A stretch of DNA of 36,009 nt from an uncultured Candidatus Bathyarchaeia archaeon (GTDB lineage Archaea; Thermoproteota; Bathyarchaeia; 40CM-2-53-6; JALHTG01). This document shows, piece after piece, positions 32,897 to 36,009 of the stretch; position 1 is the stretch's first letter, and every line of letters begins with the position of its first letter. The position numbers were made by a program, and so were the translations under genes. The notes beneath the pieces are model-generated. The model saw only the letters and a program-made list of their open reading frames with translations, did not search any database and was not told the DNA's origin. The DNA is taken from positions 1 to 36,009 of the forward strand of contig CAZGZF010000003.1 of assembly GCA_964529995.1 (NCBI GenBank), given 5' to 3'.

Positions 32897-33114
32897 GCTC
32901 GAGGCAGAGAGCCGAGGAACAACTGATTCCTGGGGAAGTAACACAGGTCATTGCGAGAACGGGAGTGACAGGCGAAGTTATCCAGGTCAGAGTAAGGGTG
33001 CTTGAGGGACGGGACAGAGGCAGGATAATCACTAGAAACGTGAAAGGCCCTGTCAGACTGGGAGACGTCCTGATGCTGAGAGAAACAGAGAGAGAAGCAA
33101 AGAAGATCAAGTAG
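32893..33114 (+). CDS. rps28e: 30S ribosomal protein S28e
   Basis: [42 protein letters not shown]. Confidence 0.98.
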   Translation: MSSRQRAEEQLIPGEVTQVIARTGVTGEVIQVRVRVLEGRDRGRIITRNVKGPVRLGDVLMLRETEREAKKIK

Positions 33115-33129
33115 CAAAGATGAAGAGGG

Positions 33130-33324
33130 ATGCCTCGGACGTTTCGCTGCTCCTTTTGCGGAAAGGAGTTTCCTCCGGCAACTGGATCAATGTATGTCAG
33201 GAATGACGGAACCATTCTCTATCTCTGTTCCGGAAAGTGTAGAAAAAGCGAACTGAAGCTCGGGCGTGACCCTCGCAAGCTCAAGTGGACTATCTACCAT
33301 GGAAGGAAGGAGAGAGGAAGATGA
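33130..33324 (+). CDS. rpl24e: 50S ribosomal protein L24e
   Basis: CSFCG...P..G.MYV..DG.I...CS.KC.K...RDPRKLKWT. Confidence 0.97.
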   Translation: MPRTFRCSFCGKEFPPATGSMYVRNDGTILYLCSGKCRKSELKLGRDPRKLKWTIYHGRKERGR

Positions 33325-33479
33325 GTTCTGAAACTCCTCCCGCTTGGGAGGAAGCGCTTGTCCTCTTCGAGTAGTACCACTGCACTGTGTCCGAGAGCGC
33401 TGATGTTCCTACCTGCTTCGTGACCGTGTCACTCGGCATCGAAGCGTTTCCAGGCAATGAGCATGCAATGAACAGAGAA

Positions 33480-34409
33480 TCATTGCACAATCACATCCAA
33501 GACGACTTGGTACCAGTTCGGCCCAGTGGTCCTGACTGCTCTGCCGTACGCCGTTTCGAAACGCCGCTGAAGCTTATCCATTTTTCCAACGACCTTCGAG
33601 GCGACCTTCCCAACTGGATCCTCGTGCTTGTACGCATGCATAAAGTCGTAGTAATGGATCGTTCCTCCTTCAGGGCCTATCGCAGCCACTGCGGATTCCA
33701 AGCATGCGTATGCCTTCTCAGGGAGCGGCATGAGGACTCTATGCATCTTTCCCTCGAAGAGGCTCTCCACCAAAGCCTGAGCGTCGCCGTAGACGGCGGT
33801 CACCCTGCCCTTCGTCTTGTTCAACCTGATGTTCCTGAGCTGATAGCTGATGGCGTCGGGGTTCAGGTCCACAGAGTAGACATGCCCCCCTCGGGTTCCT
33901 CTGGCGATCATGATCGAGAAGCATCCAACCCCCGAGAACATGTTCAACACGTTCTCGTGAACGCTTGAGTTGCGGCAGAGCGCTGCGATGCGAAACCTCT
34001 CGTAGAGGAGGCGCGGCGAGAAGTACACCTTCGCCAGATCCATCTCGAAGAGGCACCCGTACTCCTTATGGATAGTTGTCGTCCTGTTCTCTCCGGATAA
34101 CCATTCCAGCCTCCTCGTCCTAAACTCGCCGCCAACAGCGCCCACCTGCCTGAGAACAGTCCTGACATACGGCAGGCATCTTTGAATCGTCTGCGCAATG
34201 AGGAAACGCTCTGATTCAAGCGGTTCAGGAACTCTGATTACCGCTACGTCGCCTACGACATCGAAACTCCTTACCGCCAGCTCTGCCTTGCCTTCTGGAA
34301 GAACGTTCCTCAGCGCTTCAATGACTGAGAGACGCCTTCTTGCAACATTCCTGTCTCGGCCGCCGGACCGTTGCCCAGGATCGAGGTCATCTTGCGGTTG
34401 AGCTCTCAA
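33480..34409 (-). CDS. Trm5/Met-10+ family tRNA (position 37) SAM-dependent methyltransferase
   Basis: FDVVGD.A, GEFR, HKEYG..F..D..KVYFSPRL..ER, MFSGVG.FS, DLNP.A, MPLP; true start may lie slightly downstream. Confidence 0.88.
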   Translation of the reverse strand: MRAQPQDDLDPGQRSGGRDRNVARRRLSVIEALRNVLPEGKAELAVRSFDVVGDVAVIRVPEPLESERFLIAQTIQRCLPYVRTVLRQVGAVGGEFRTRRLEWLSGENRTTTIHKEYGCLFEMDLAKVYFSPRLLYERFRIAALCRNSSVHENVLNMFSGVGCFSIMIARGTRGGHVYSVDLNPDAISYQLRNIRLNKTKGRVTAVYGDAQALVESLFEGKMHRVLMPLPEKAYACLESAVAAIGPEGGTIHYYDFMHAYKHEDPVGKVASKVVGKMDKLQRRFETAYGRAVRTTGPNWYQVVLDVIVQ

Positions 34410-35610
34410 TGGAAAACGCCTCTAGCTGCGACGACCAGTGGGCCTTCAGAATTGGAAGCGCAAAGGCCGCCGCCAAAAGGCACAAGCCGAAGGCCAAAGC
34501 AAAGAAAGCCCCAAAGCCTCCAATGTCCGCTGCGTAACCCAAGATCAGCGGTCCTGTCGCTGCTCCAAGAAATGTCGATGAGTTCAGAATTCCGAGAAAC
34601 GTCCCCCTCGTTTCAACGGGCACAATCCGCGTCAAGAGCACACTGAAAGCTGTGACGGTCCAACCGCCGATCAATCCCCAAACGAGAAGCAAGATAACCA
34701 TCGGAACGCCAACCGGAACGACGGATAACGCTGACATGACGAAGCAAAGCGTGACAAGCGAAACCAGAGAAGGGCGGCCAGGCCCGAACCGATCCACCAG
34801 ATAGCCTATGAGAGGACCGGAAGGTATCACAGATGCTGCGTAAGCAACCATCAGCAAAGACGCCTCAGACGGGGCAAGTCCCCTCACCTGAACAAGGTAG
34901 ACTGGAAGAAACGTTCGAAGACCATAAACGGCCGAGAAGACGACAACACTGTGGAGCAGTATACTAGACATAGTGCGGCTCTTCAACGTCCTTCCAACTG
35001 GCTGCCCTTTCTTGATGGTTGGGGGTGAACTGTGGCGCGTCCAAACCACCTCTTTCACGAGAAGGCATGTCACAAATGCGCAAAGAAGACCTGGAAAGGC
35101 GTAGATCAGGAAATAGTTCCTCCAACCGAAACTCTCCACGCCGAACACCCCAACCATGAGATAGATCACTGTATCAGATACCGGTGGCCCGGAGAACGCC
35201 AAGCCCACAGCCTTTCCTCTGTCCTCGTCGCCAACTGATAGGGTAAGTAGGCTCATGCTCGGAGCGTACCAGAGTCCGGCGAAGAAACCAGCCAATACGC
35301 GGAGACCAATCATCTGCAGAAAGCCTTGTCCCCCCGCGAGAGCAAACGAAGCAAGGGAGGAGCCGATCAGAGCAATAATGATGAATCTTTTCCTCCCGAG
35401 TCGGTCTGAGAGAGCTCCCGCAGGGATCTGCATGAGGGCGTAAGGGTAGAAGTAGCTCGTCATCAGGAGCCCCGCCTCCGCGTGAGAGATCTGATACTCC
35501 GCCTCGATCGTCGGAAGCAGCGCGGTCACGACCATGCGCGGAAGCATTATGGAGAACCAGCCCGCCCAAACCATCGCCGTCACTAGCTGGGGATGGCGTT
35601 CTACGTGCAT
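34387..35610 (-). CDS. Major facilitator superfamily transporter
   Basis: About 12 TM segments; motif A G.LSDRLGRK and its repeat GYLVDRFG. Confidence 0.92.
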   Translation of the reverse strand: MHVERHPQLVTAMVWAGWFSIMLPRMVVTALLPTIEAEYQISHAEAGLLMTSYFYPYALMQIPAGALSDRLGRKRFIIIALIGSSLASFALAGGQGFLQMIGLRVLAGFFAGLWYAPSMSLLTLSVGDEDRGKAVGLAFSGPPVSDTVIYLMVGVFGVESFGWRNYFLIYAFPGLLCAFVTCLLVKEVVWTRHSSPPTIKKGQPVGRTLKSRTMSSILLHSVVVFSAVYGLRTFLPVYLVQVRGLAPSEASLLMVAYAASVIPSGPLIGYLVDRFGPGRPSLVSLVTLCFVMSALSVVPVGVPMVILLLVWGLIGGWTVTAFSVLLTRIVPVETRGTFLGILNSSTFLGAATGPLILGYAADIGGFGAFFALAFGLCLLAAAFALPILKAHWSSQLEAFSIESSTAR

Positions 35611-35784
35611 CGTCTTGTCCTCACGCCTATGCCACGCGAACCTGTCTTCGCACGAAGGAAAGCTATCGGTCCCTGTTCTCGCTTTTAGCGTTGGGGGTAA
35701 CCAAGCAATCTGCTTCGAGCCTTCTCAAGGTCAGTTCGGTTTGTGGCTGTTCGATTCGGCTGTTCGACATCGGCGGATTTCTAT

Positions 35785-35985
35785 CTAAGGCATCATGTAT
35801 CGTGAACGCCAATACAGATAGTTGATTACTATTGCGAGTGTTGCGGGAACAATAACTGCAAAAATCATTAGGGGAACAATGTTTCACGTCGTTCCGTACT
35901 TCCATATCAGCAGAATTGCCGTCACCACTGAAATAGATGCAGTAACGGCGGCCACGACAAGCAATCTGGTAACGAGACTTATCAT
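35785..35985 (-). pseudogene. Small two-TM membrane protein gene interrupted by an in-frame TGA
   Basis: SD AGGTGAT, then ATG35985: MISLVTRLLVVAAVTASISVVTAILLIWKYGTT*NIVPLMIFAVIVPATLAIVINYLYWRSRYMMP*; TGA at 35886-35884. Confidence 0.55.
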
Positions 35986-36009
35986 TCAAATCACCTATGA
36001 TGATTACTT

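Noticed and set aside
35884-35886. Selenocysteine recoding of the in-frame TGA
   Set aside because: No redox-motif context and no recognisable SECIS seen
35663-35989. 108-aa Cys-containing minus-strand ORF
   Set aside because: No motif, and the overlapping frame gives a more protein-like two-TM product with a well-placed SD; not fully excluded

Overview
Archaeal housekeeping region, most consistent with a TACK lineage such as Bathyarchaeia. This is inferred from the unsplit Rpo2, fused Rpo1, the FSPNPDCVLHLGS GluRS motif and frequent TTG starts. It carries the RNA polymerase cluster (rpo5-rpo2-fused rpo1-L30e-nusA), S13-S4, rpo3-L13-S9-rpo10-eno-S2-MEMO1, an isoprenoid block (mvk-ipk-fni-GGPP synthase plus a class II HMG-CoA reductase), gltX, L7Ae-S28e-L24e, a Trm5-like methyltransferase and an MFS transporter. 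The ancestral superoperon is broken at several points: S12/S7, S11, L18e and ndk are missing from their usual positions, and accessory genes occupy most of the gaps. Features absent from the ORF track include an intact 59-aa rubredoxin, a decayed flavodiiron/flavodoxin C-terminal fragment overlapping its start, and a small two-helix membrane gene interrupted by an in-frame TGA. A DRG GTPase and the HMG-CoA reductase carry altered motifs. I saw no tRNA, rRNA, CRISPR array or transposase, and no clearly novel multi-gene system is demonstrable from sequence alone.
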